The notes beneath the pieces were generated by a model, which was given only the letters and a program-made list of their open reading frames with translations, searched no databases and had not been told where the DNA came from. Source: an uncultured Spirochaetota bacterium (GTDB lineage Bacteria > Spirochaetota > Spirochaetia > SZUA-6 > Fen-1364). Taken from it: a DNA stretch of 64,000 nt. The stretch is from contig CAVUXE010000015.1 in NCBI GenBank assembly GCA_963745235.1, forward strand, positions 96,001 through 160,000. Reading direction: 5' to 3'. This document shows positions 1-8,667 of this stretch, piece by piece; the stretch's first letter is position 1; every line of letters starts with the position of its first letter. Position numbers and translations under genes: made by a program.

Positions 1-916
1 CCGTCACGTCGTGAAATACCAGGCTGCCGTCCGTGCCGAACCCCGAGCGGACATGCACGCGGGTGGCCATGCGCCGTCCCGCCTGAAACGTCTCCTCCAG
101 TGTCAGCGCGAGCCGAACGGGCCGTCCTGTCCTCAGGGCCATGAACGCCAGGAGCGGCTCGAACTTCGGGTATCCCTTGCCGCCGAAGGCCCCCCCTGGA
201 TCGGGGGCGATGATCCTGACCTTTGCGAGAGGCAGGCGAAGCACGTCGGCGATGGTCTTTTGCAGGATAAAAGGGTGCTGGATGGGGCTCCAGACCTTCA
301 CTCCGCCATCCTCCGGCATGGCGATGAAGGCGTGCGGCTCGATGGCGAAATGGGTGACCATGGGGAACGTGTAGACGTTCTGGATCACGAGGTCCGCGCT
401 GAGCGCATCCACGTCGCCCCAGCCGAAGCGCAGATCTTCCAGTACGTTCGTGTCCTTGAGGGCGTCCTTCGGCCGCAAGACCGGATCCTGCACCAGGGGC
501 GCGCCGGGGTCCAGCGCTTCATCGACCGTATAGACGCCAGGCAGCTTTTCATGCGCAACGCGAACCAGCGCGGCAGCCTCCCTTGCCGCATCCTCCGTCT
601 CCGCCGCCACCGCGGCCACGGGCTCCCCGAAGAACTTCGTTTCACCGACCGCGATGACGGGTCGGTCCTGCAGGTTCGGCCCGAAACGCGGGACCGGCTG
701 CGGGAGGTCCCGGGCGGTCATGACGCAGCGAACCCCGGGGAGCTTCTCCGCCCCAGTCGCGTCGATGCCGGTAATGCGCGCGTGCCCGCAGTCCAGGGTG
801 ACCAGCTTCACCCACAGCATGCCGTCCAGCCGTATGTCACCGACGTATTTCTGAGCCCCCGTGACTCGCTCCGCGCCCCCGACACGCTTGACCGACTGTC
901 CGATCCACTCAGTCAT
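1..916 (-). CDS. Xanthine dehydrogenase/aldehyde oxidoreductase family molybdopterin-binding large subunit (N-terminal part; runs off window)
   Basis: Manual translation from ATG at 916 gives MTEWIGQSVKRVGGAERVTGAQKYVGDIRLDGMLWVKLV..HARITGIDA, a typical XdhA/CoxL N-terminus. It overlaps the stop of the 2Fe-2S subunit and is absent from the ORF track because it has no stop in the window. Confidence 0.9.
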   Translation of the reverse strand, partial: MTEWIGQSVKRVGGAERVTGAQKYVGDIRLDGMLWVKLVTLDCGHARITGIDATGAEKLPGVRCVMTARDLPQPVPRFGPNLQDRPVIAVGETKFFGEPVAAVAAETEDAAREAAALVRVAHEKLPGVYTVDEALDPGAPLVQDPVLRPKDALKDTNVLEDLRFGWGDVDALSADLVIQNVYTFPMVTHFAIEPHAFIAMPEDGGVKVWSPIQHPFILQKTIADVLRLPLAKVRIIAPDPGGAFGGKGYPKFEPLLAFMALRTGRPVRLALTLEETFQAGRRMATRVHVRSGFGTDGSLVFHDVT

Positions 917-1412
917 TGTCCGCCCCCTGCCGGGAGGCGGCGCGCACAGCCTCTATGATCCTGCCATAGCCCGCGCAGCGGCAGAGGTTTCCGGCCAACT
1001 CCTCCTTGATCTCCTCCACTGAGGGGCTGGGGTTGTGACTCAGGAGGTACTGGGCGGACATCACCATCCCCGGTATGCAGAAGCCGCACTGCACGGCTCC
1101 CTCGGCAAGAAACGCCTCCTGGAGGGAGCTCAACCGGCTGTCTTTTGCAAGTCCTTCGACAGTGATGATGCTGCATCCGTCCGCTTCGGCAGCCAGCATG
1201 AGGCAGGAGTTCACCGCGCGGCCATCGACGAGCACCGTGCACGCTCCACACTCACCCAGCGAGCAGCACTCCTTCGTACCGGTCAGGCCGAGCTGGTCCC
1301 GCAGGACCTTGAGCAGGGTGTGGCTCGACAGAACCTCGAGAGAATGCGCAATGCCGTTCACCGTCAGCGAAATGGCGACAGAGCTCGAGTCCATTCCATC
1401 CGTCTCCTTCAA
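909..1412 (-). CDS. Molybdenum hydroxylase 2Fe-2S small subunit (CoxS/XdhC-like)
   Basis: GTKECCSLGECGACTV and QCGFCIPG...GNLCRCAGY motifs; alternative ATG at 1394. Confidence 0.95.
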   Translation of the reverse strand: MKETDGMDSSSVAISLTVNGIAHSLEVLSSHTLLKVLRDQLGLTGTKECCSLGECGACTVLVDGRAVNSCLMLAAEADGCSIITVEGLAKDSRLSSLQEAFLAEGAVQCGFCIPGMVMSAQYLLSHNPSPSVEEIKEELAGNLCRCAGYGRIIEAVRAASRQGADND

Positions 1413-1416
1413 ATGA

Positions 1417-2310
1417 TCAGTCTCCCTGCCCGCCGTTTGCCAGCCGGCGGTGGGCTTTCTCCAGCGCTCTCCTGCTCATGACCAGGAGCATGGCGGCCCG
1501 ATACTCGCGGCTCGCCCTCACATCTGAAATCGGGCTCGTGACGGCAATCAGCTTCATGAGGAGGCGCTCGCGCTCGGGGTCACCAATGGCGGGGTCGGCG
1601 AGCCTCCCGCTGTCATCCACCGTGATGATTGGACGCGGTCCGACCGCTCCGAAAGCGAACTTTGTCCGCCGCGCCTCGTCCACGAGGCAGCAGAGGTTGA
1701 TGGTCGCAAGATCCACTCCCCGCCTCCGCGTCAGCCTCTCGAAAGCCGTTCCCGCGCGCTGCCGCGGGAGGGGCAGCCGAATGGATGTCACGATCTCATC
1801 CGGGAGACGGACCGTCTTTCCCGGTCCCATGAAGAAATCAGCGAGCGCGACGCTCCTCTGCCCGGCTTTGCCGACAAGATTCACGGTGGCGTCATGAACC
1901 AGCAGCGCGGGCAGGGTGTCCGCCGCGGGAGAGGCATTGCAGATGTTTCCCGGAAGCGTGGCGCGGTTTCGAATCTGGATGGAACCGACGGTAGAAGCCG
2001 CCTCCGCGAGGGCCGGAAAGCTGCGAAGCACGCGCGGATCCCTGATGATGTCCGAGAGCAGCGCGAGGGCGCCGATTTCCAGGAACGGCCCGGCTTCCAC
2101 GATGTCTGCGCGAAGGGAGCTGATCTTCTTCAGGTCGATGACCACCCGCGGGGAAATCTTCCTGGCCCGGATCTGGACCAGGAGGTCTGTCCCCCCCGAG
2201 AGCAGGCAGGCGTCCGGGCCGAGGTCCGCAAGCAGGCTCACCGCTTCCTCGATCCGCTGCGGACGGACAAGGCGGAACCCGTCTCTCTCACCCGTGGATT
2301 GTCCCGTCAT
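1417..2310 (-). CDS. Molybdenum hydroxylase FAD-binding subunit (CoxM/XdhB-like)
   Basis: SGGTDLLV, QIRNRATLPGNICNASPAAD, SPISDVRASREYR motifs. Confidence 0.95.
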   Translation of the reverse strand: MTGQSTGERDGFRLVRPQRIEEAVSLLADLGPDACLLSGGTDLLVQIRARKISPRVVIDLKKISSLRADIVEAGPFLEIGALALLSDIIRDPRVLRSFPALAEAASTVGSIQIRNRATLPGNICNASPAADTLPALLVHDATVNLVGKAGQRSVALADFFMGPGKTVRLPDEIVTSIRLPLPRQRAGTAFERLTRRRGVDLATINLCCLVDEARRTKFAFGAVGPRPIITVDDSGRLADPAIGDPERERLLMKLIAVTSPISDVRASREYRAAMLLVMSRRALEKAHRRLANGGQGD

Positions 2311-3053
2311 ATCCGGCCCAGCGATTCTCCGGCCTCCCGGAGGAGGCGCAGGATCCTCTGGAAATGCTCGTCATGCCGTGTTACCGCGCGGGAGAAATCC
2401 AGCGAGGTGATCGCGTCGATCATCTCCTGATGGTCAACCGCGATCTCCGCCGTGTCGCTGATTGCGCGGTAGGTCCTTCGGATCTCTTCCTTCATGAAAC
2501 CGTGAAGGGTGGCGAAAATCTCCACGAACAGGGAGTTGCCGGTGGCTTCGACGATGGTTGCATGAAAATCGTAGTCTGCCTGCACGAGCGCCTCGATGGA
2601 TTTCCCAGAAGCGCCTTCCCTCATGTGCGACAGGACCTCCTGCAGGCGCCGGAGCACGGCACGGCCATTCTCCGTTTTGCGCTGCAGCTCACGGACCAGG
2701 GCGCTGACCCCGGCGCTTTCGATGATCCTTCGCAGCTCAATGACCTCCCTGAGGTTGTTCTGGCCCAGAAGGAGGGACCACGTGATCGCTTCCTGCGAAA
2801 TCTTTGTCCGGTCACAGAGGAAGGTCCCTTTCGGCACCCTGGCTTCCAGGACGCCGAGGTGCTGAAATATCTTGACCGCCTCCCGCACCGAGGAGCGACC
2901 GACGCCGAACATCTCCGCCAGCTCGCTCTCCGTCGGAATACGATCGTTGACTTTGTACGCGCCGGACAGTATCAGCTCCCGGATGCGGTCCATGACCTGG
3001 ACCACGACCGTTTTCTGCTGGATCTTCTGCTGAAACCGCTCTCCAATCATCAC
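2307..3053 (-). CDS. FadR/GntR-family transcriptional regulator
   Basis: IPTESELAEMFGVGRSSVREA wHTH; FCD domain ADYDFH. Confidence 0.95.
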   Translation of the reverse strand: MMIGERFQQKIQQKTVVVQVMDRIRELILSGAYKVNDRIPTESELAEMFGVGRSSVREAVKIFQHLGVLEARVPKGTFLCDRTKISQEAITWSLLLGQNNLREVIELRRIIESAGVSALVRELQRKTENGRAVLRRLQEVLSHMREGASGKSIEALVQADYDFHATIVEATGNSLFVEIFATLHGFMKEEIRRTYRAISDTAEIAVDHQEMIDAITSLDFSRAVTRHDEHFQRILRLLREAGESLGRI

Positions 3054-3088
3054 TTTTTCGCCTCCTTCCGACCGGAATGAGAAAAATC

Positions 3089-3118
3089 TTGACGAATAGT
3101 CAGATTATCTGATATAAG
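3089..3118 (+). promoter_or_regulatory. Sigma70-like promoter with palindromic operator in the divergent intergenic region
   Basis: TTGACG (3089) and ATATAA/TATAAG about 17-18 bp downstream; palindrome TCAGAT-T-ATCTGA at 3100-3112 lies in the spacer. Confidence 0.6.
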
Positions 3119-3185
3119 GGTGCAAGAAGCAAGCGGCACTGGCCGGTGCTCCTCCAAGGACGTCAAGCTGCACTGACAGGGGTTC

Positions 3186-4166
3186 GTGATGTCTCATTAC
3201 GTCAAGCTGCTGGAGCAAATGACACGGGACGACTTCCAGGATACCGGGGGGAAGGCCGCAAACCTCGGTGAGCTGGTCCGTGGAGGGTTCAACGTTCCTC
3301 CCGCCTTCTGCGTCACCGCCGGGTCCCTTGATCGCGTCATCGAGAAAAACGGCATATCCGGACGCATCGACGAGATTGCATCCGCCATCAACTACGAGGA
3401 CTATGACCAGGTCGAGAAGCAGACCGCGCAGATCAGGGACCTGATCTCCGCATGCCTGATCCCTGAGGACCTCCTGGCGGAGATCCGCCAGGGGATCCAG
3501 TCCCTGCGGAAAGATGCCGCCCACGAACCTTTCGTCGCGGTCCGCTCCTCGGTTGCCGTCCGTGACAGCACCATCTCTTCTTTCCCCGGCATGATGGACA
3601 CCTACCATTTCCTGCGCGGCGAGGCGCAGATCATCGAGTACATCAGGAAATGCTGGGCCTCGCTGTGGACGGCCCGGGCCGCCTACCGGCGCCACCAGCA
3701 GAAGATCGAGCATCGAAAAGGGATAATTGCGCCGATCGTCCAGCGCATGGTGAACGCGGACGTTGCAGGGGTGCTGTTTACGGCCAATCCCATCACCGGG
3801 TCGCGGGGAGAGATCGTGATCGAAGCGAACTGGGGGCTGGGAGAATCACTGGTCTCAGGAGAGTCGATGAACGACTCCTACGTGGTCCGCAAGGGCGCTC
3901 CTCCCGCCATTGCGGAAAAGAGGATCCAGAAGAAGACGATCATGGTGACAATTGACAGGGAAGCGGGCGTGGGCAGGAAGAAGTATGATGTCCCGGCCGA
4001 GCTCAGTGAAAAGGAGACGCTCACGGACAATCAGCTTGTTGAGCTTGCCACGCGCGCAATGGAGATCGAGGGGCTGTTCGGATACCCGCAGGACATCGAG
4101 TGGGCCTACGAGAAGAGTGAGCTTTTCCTGCTCCAGAGCAGAAAGGTGAAGGGACTGAAAGACTGA
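3186..4166 (+). CDS. Stand-alone PEP-synthase/PPDK N-terminal ATP-grasp subunit (phenylphosphate synthase beta-like)
   Basis: GGKAANLGEL, VAVRSS, SFPGMMDTY, EANWGLGESLVSG, QDIEWA..LLQSR; ends after the ATP-grasp domain. Confidence 0.9.
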   Translation: MMSHYVKLLEQMTRDDFQDTGGKAANLGELVRGGFNVPPAFCVTAGSLDRVIEKNGISGRIDEIASAINYEDYDQVEKQTAQIRDLISACLIPEDLLAEIRQGIQSLRKDAAHEPFVAVRSSVAVRDSTISSFPGMMDTYHFLRGEAQIIEYIRKCWASLWTARAAYRRHQQKIEHRKGIIAPIVQRMVNADVAGVLFTANPITGSRGEIVIEANWGLGESLVSGESMNDSYVVRKGAPPAIAEKRIQKKTIMVTIDREAGVGRKKYDVPAELSEKETLTDNQLVELATRAMEIEGLFGYPQDIEWAYEKSELFLLQSRKVKGLKD

Positions 4167-4185
4167 GCGGCGACAAGGAGCTGCA

Positions 4186-5073
4186 ATGAAGACCTTTTCC
4201 GAGGAGTTTTGCTGCGCGGACGCGGTCCTCCGCGTCGATGTGATCGGAGATGAGGCCCCCAGCCACGTCCTTGATGACATGACATTCATGAACTACCGGC
4301 TGGCCGCGGTGGACCTTCGGACCGAGGTCAGGAAGCCCAGACCGGACGTGATCTGGGACACGGGGAAGAAAGACAAGACAATCGCGTACAAGGACCAGCA
4401 GCTCGTTCTGCAGGGGGACTGGTCGCAAGGTGAGCTCAACAGGATCATCGTGAGCCTGCTCACCCTCCAGATGGAGAAGGCGGGCCTGCATCCCTTCCAC
4501 TCCTCCGCGGTCCGGTACAAGGACAGGACAATTCTCTTCCTCGGCGGGGAGTCGAACCATGGCAAGAGCATGAGCCAGATCGAGGGATGCCGCCGCGGAG
4601 GCCTTGTCGTGTCTACCGAAACGACGGTAACCGATGAGAAGGGATGGGCCGTGATGGGATCCAAGAGCGTCTACCTGCGGCAGCGCGCAAAGGGCACGGA
4701 ACGCGCGGACATCCCGAGCCAGGACGAAGGGGTCTCCAAGTTCTTTTCCAGGGACCCGGACTACATCCCCTATGACAAGCCGTCGAACATCGACCTGGTG
4801 GTCATGCCGGGGATCGACGGCCACTTCGACCTCAAGATCGTGGAGATGATGGGGTTCGAGCGGGAGTACCAGACCTTCCATTCCCTGATGAACTACTTCG
4901 GCCTGCACACGCTGCTGAGCCAGGAGGGCATTGTCATGCCGGTCATCGACACGGACGCCCTGCGAAAGGCGCGCGGGGCGTTCTGCAGCCGCTTCGCCAA
5001 AGGAAGACCGTATTTCATGGTTCGAGCCAGGACGCCGCAGATCCTCTTTGATGCGGTGGAGGAGCACATGTGA
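4186..5073 (+). CDS. Hypothetical protein with HPr-kinase-like P-loop
   Basis: HSSAVRYKDRTILFLGGESNHGKSMS resembles HprK HxxxV...GxSGxGKS; the usual acidic DD motif appears as STE. Confidence 0.55.
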   Translation: MKTFSEEFCCADAVLRVDVIGDEAPSHVLDDMTFMNYRLAAVDLRTEVRKPRPDVIWDTGKKDKTIAYKDQQLVLQGDWSQGELNRIIVSLLTLQMEKAGLHPFHSSAVRYKDRTILFLGGESNHGKSMSQIEGCRRGGLVVSTETTVTDEKGWAVMGSKSVYLRQRAKGTERADIPSQDEGVSKFFSRDPDYIPYDKPSNIDLVVMPGIDGHFDLKIVEMMGFEREYQTFHSLMNYFGLHTLLSQEGIVMPVIDTDALRKARGAFCSRFAKGRPYFMVRARTPQILFDAVEEHM

Positions 5074-5948
5074 TGGAGCAGGTGACAAAAAACGTCTTCG
5101 CGGAGACAAAGGTCCGGGGCTGCAATCCAGGGTACGTCATCACTTCTGACGGCGTCGTTGTCATCGACACGCCGCAGCTCCCCACTCGGGCGGTCGCAAT
5201 GTGCAAGGAAGTCGAGGCGCGGGGGCGCATCCGCTACCTGATCAACACCGAGCACCATGTCGACCACATCTTCGGCAACTACTTCTTCAAGAGCGCGGAA
5301 AAGGTGATCGCGCACCGGGAGACCGTGAAGAACTTCATGGTGGTCACGCCTCAGATCAACCCCTACGAGTACGCCAGGGAAGCCATTCCAACGGACGACC
5401 CGCAGGGCGCCGCTCTCTTTCCTGACGCCAGGACGTATTTCGCCGCTCCCAACAAGCCGACCATCGTGATCGCAGGGGACACGGTCCTGACCGTCGGGGA
5501 TCACACCTTTGAGCTCCTGCACACTCCGGGACACACTCCCGGACAGCTTGCGGTCGTGCTCCCGCAGGAGCGCGTCATGTTCGTCGGCGATACCATCTTC
5601 AATCACTGCCAGACGTGGCTCTACACCTCGAATGTCGAGCAGTGGATCAGGGCCCTCGACAGGCTCCTGGAGGTGGATGTTGACCTGATCGTTCCCGGCC
5701 ATGGCCCGGTGTGCACAAAGCAGGAGATCTACGTGCAGCGGGCCTTCCTGCTGGAGTGGGTGACGGCCGTGGCAGTCGCCGTGGGCAAAGGATGGAGCAA
5801 AGAGGAGTGCATTGAGCGGATCAGCTTCATGGATCGATTCCCCGTGGATATCGGCCAGGAATACATGGGCCCCGAGGTCACGAAGCAGAACATCATCGCG
5901 CTGTACAATCAGCTGACGGCAAAGATGCCGGTCATGAAGAAGGGTTGA
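5073..5948 (+). CDS. Metallo-beta-lactamase-fold hydrolase (cyclase-like)
   Basis: TEHHVDHIFGN, TPGHTPG, VGD, VPGHG metal-binding motifs. Confidence 0.9.
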   Translation: MEQVTKNVFAETKVRGCNPGYVITSDGVVVIDTPQLPTRAVAMCKEVEARGRIRYLINTEHHVDHIFGNYFFKSAEKVIAHRETVKNFMVVTPQINPYEYAREAIPTDDPQGAALFPDARTYFAAPNKPTIVIAGDTVLTVGDHTFELLHTPGHTPGQLAVVLPQERVMFVGDTIFNHCQTWLYTSNVEQWIRALDRLLEVDVDLIVPGHGPVCTKQEIYVQRAFLLEWVTAVAVAVGKGWSKEECIERISFMDRFPVDIGQEYMGPEVTKQNIIALYNQLTAKMPVMKKG

Positions 5949-5950
5949 CC

Positions 5951-6739
5951 ATGGACCAGTCATTGGAGAAGTACGCGAAGCTTTTCGATCTTGCGGGCCG
6001 CACGGCGCTCGTCGCGGGAGGCGCGGGCGGAATCGGAAGCGCCATCAGCGAAGGCCTTGCCTCACGCGGGTGCAAGGTAGTCCTCACCAGCCGCACGGCG
6101 GCCAAGGCGGAGAAGGTGGCATCAGCCATTCGCGCCGCGGGCGGAGACGCGCACGGCCGCGCGCTGGTGGTGGACAGGATGGAGGCGCTTCGCCAGCTCG
6201 TGGATGGCGTCCTGAGGGACGTCGGCAGGATCGACATCCTCGTGAACTGCATCGGAAGCCACATCGAGGCGCCGGCGGAAGAATACCGCGAGGAGGACTG
6301 GGACGCCATTTTCACGGGGAGCCTGAAGAGCGCGTTCTTCCTGTCCCAGGCTGTCGCGAAGGGCCAGATCGGCAAAGGCGGAGGGAAGCATATTCACCTC
6401 ACCTCGGTCCGCAGCCTGCTGGGAATCCACAGGGGATATGCCAGCTACTGCGCGAGCAGGGGCGGGATGAACATGATGATCAAGCAGCTGGCCACCGAGT
6501 GGGCGAAGCACGGGATCACCGTGAACGGGATTGCTCCCACGTTCACGAGGACCGACCTTGTGGCCAAGTACCTGAACGATCCGGGCTTCTACAACCCCCT
6601 GGTGGCCCGCATTCCGCTGGGACGGGTTGCGGATCCCGTTGACATTGCGGCGCTTGCCATGTACCTGGCGGCTCCAGCCTCGAACTTCATCACGGGGCAG
6701 ATCATCTTCGCGGACGGCGGAGTTACCTGCTGCCAGTGA
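5951..6739 (+). CDS. SDR-family oxidoreductase (gluconate-5-dehydrogenase/KduD-like)
   Basis: AGGAGGIG Rossmann motif; catalytic YxxxK appears as YCASR; NGIAPT...ITGQIIFADGG. Confidence 0.9.
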   Translation: MDQSLEKYAKLFDLAGRTALVAGGAGGIGSAISEGLASRGCKVVLTSRTAAKAEKVASAIRAAGGDAHGRALVVDRMEALRQLVDGVLRDVGRIDILVNCIGSHIEAPAEEYREEDWDAIFTGSLKSAFFLSQAVAKGQIGKGGGKHIHLTSVRSLLGIHRGYASYCASRGGMNMMIKQLATEWAKHGITVNGIAPTFTRTDLVAKYLNDPGFYNPLVARIPLGRVADPVDIAALAMYLAAPASNFITGQIIFADGGVTCCQ

Positions 6740-6842
6740 CCGGCGCGCGGGCAGCCCGCGGTCTGTTGGCGATCATCCGCACGGGAAAGCCCGGGCCCGT
6801 TGCTTGTGACCGCGGGTCTCCCGTGACTTCTCCTTCTCCCGT

Positions 6843-8525
6843 CTAAAGGATCTCAACCACCCCGCGGCTGCCGTCAACGCGGAGGGAATCCCCTGTCTTG
6901 ATCTCCTTGGTTGCGCTTGCCGTTCCGACGACCGCCGGAAGCATGAACTCCCGCGCCACCACGGCGGAGTGTGAGAGTGCGCCGCCGGCATCTGTAACCA
7001 GGCCTGCAATCTTGCTGAAGACGACGACCCACGCGGGATTGGTCATCACGCAGACCATGATCTCACCGCGCTGCACGTCGTTGAACTCCGTCGGACTGTG
7101 GACGACGCGCGCCACGCCCTCCACCACCCCGGCGGAGGCCGGCACGCCGCGCACCTCTCCCTTGACCTTCTTGAACTTCTGCTGCCGCTCGAACTTTTCC
7201 GGGTACCCCCACAACGTGTGGTAGGGTTCCTCGTACATGTTCTGCTGCGTGACCGTGCCCACCCAGTCCCGGGGGGTGATGTGCCGCGCCCTTTCCATGC
7301 TTGCCCGCGCCTCGGCAATCAGCTTCCGCCCGTCATACCCCTTCGGATTGCCGACGTACTTGCGAAGCTGCTCGTACTCGAGGAGCATGATATCCTCCGG
7401 GGCGTCCAGGAGCTTTTCCCTGACCATTTTCCGAGCCACTGTCAGCAGGACGAGCCTCATGCGGGCAAAGGTCGCCTGGTCGAAGTAGAAGTGGTGGTCC
7501 GCGGTGAGGGGGAGCATGCTGAGATTGAGCCGCAAGGCTTCTTCGAATCTCTTTTTGTCCGCCTCCGAGGCAGAGGCAAGCTTCTTGCGAAGATACAGGA
7601 TTGCGCCTTCCTGCTCCTCGATGCACTTCCCGTACACGCTGTCATAATCGAAGTTGGAATCGTAGTAGCCCTTGATCTCTCCGATGATCGGAGTCGGGTC
7701 TTCCACGGAGAGCTTTCCCGTGTATTCGTGCGTATACATGGTCTTGTACCCGAACTCCCGCGCGTACATCTCCACCTCCGCAAGGAAAGCCTTGCCGGGC
7801 GCGGATGCCTGGAGCACCGAGAGGATCTGTGAAGCGTCGGCCTTCTTGCCGAATATCGATGAGATCTCCCTGCTCGCCTTCGCCTCCTCCTTCAAGTGCC
7901 ACAGGGCCTTCAAGCTGTCCCAGTTGCGATCCGCCCGGGAGACGTTGACCTTCCCCAGGGTCTCGGAATCCACATCTCCCAGCAGGTCCTTGACCACTGA
8001 ACCGAAGTTGAGGGAGGCCTGGAACTGCGCGAGGTTGAGAATCCAGTGCAGGCGGAAGTGCCGCTCCTGGATGTCGATTGCCTCCTCGAGGTAGATCATG
8101 AGCTCCTGGAGGGTCGCCGCGTCCGCGTTGAACGTGTCGATGTACTCGAAGTTGCGCTTCACCTCCGGGAGATAGCGCTCCTGCCACCAGGACATGCAGT
8201 TGCTGGCGTACGTGGACATGATCCACAGGTAGTACGGGGCCACCTCCGCGGCGTCCTTCGAGTCCCGGGGGACGATTGCCGTATAGACGTAGCCATTTAC
8301 CCGCTTCGCTATCCAGGCGATTCCCGAATTGAGATTGAAGCGACGGAACATGTACTCGCAGGTCGGTCCCCACCAGCCATGGAGGCTGAAGTACATGGGA
8401 GAGATCGGGTTGGGGCAGTGGTTGTCATCAAAAAACCAGAAGAGCTCCTTCTCCCCGTCATTTTTCCATTCCACCGGGAAGTCCTTGTCACCCAGGAATT
8501 GTGCAAGCACCTTGGTTGAGGCCAT
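6843..8525 (-). CDS. PEP-utilising His-swivel subunit with large substrate-binding region (phenylphosphate synthase alpha-like)
   Basis: C-terminal GVPASAGVVEGVARVV...TDAGGALSHSAVVAREF phosphohistidine motif; no ATP-grasp domain; strong RBS before ATG 8525. Confidence 0.85.
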   Translation of the reverse strand: MASTKVLAQFLGDKDFPVEWKNDGEKELFWFFDDNHCPNPISPMYFSLHGWWGPTCEYMFRRFNLNSGIAWIAKRVNGYVYTAIVPRDSKDAAEVAPYYLWIMSTYASNCMSWWQERYLPEVKRNFEYIDTFNADAATLQELMIYLEEAIDIQERHFRLHWILNLAQFQASLNFGSVVKDLLGDVDSETLGKVNVSRADRNWDSLKALWHLKEEAKASREISSIFGKKADASQILSVLQASAPGKAFLAEVEMYAREFGYKTMYTHEYTGKLSVEDPTPIIGEIKGYYDSNFDYDSVYGKCIEEQEGAILYLRKKLASASEADKKRFEEALRLNLSMLPLTADHHFYFDQATFARMRLVLLTVARKMVREKLLDAPEDIMLLEYEQLRKYVGNPKGYDGRKLIAEARASMERARHITPRDWVGTVTQQNMYEEPYHTLWGYPEKFERQQKFKKVKGEVRGVPASAGVVEGVARVVHSPTEFNDVQRGEIMVCVMTNPAWVVVFSKIAGLVTDAGGALSHSAVVAREFMLPAVVGTASATKEIKTGDSLRVDGSRGVVEIL

Positions 8526-8572
8526 TCCTCCCTCCTTCTTCGCCACGGATTATTGTCTGATGATCACACACC

Positions 8573-8601
8573 ATTCTGGTCCCCCGCTGAACGTCTGTCA
8601 A
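8573..8601 (-). promoter_or_regulatory. Putative promoter for the His-swivel gene
   Basis: Minus strand TTGACA (8596-8601), 17 bp, CAGAAT; followed by ATCAGACA, which resembles a half of the 3100 palindrome. Confidence 0.45.
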
Positions 8602-8667
8602 CTGAAAATTAGGCAGGAGTGAAAACGAGTGCAGAGCGTGCGCGGAGAACCGGATGCCGGGGAAGTC

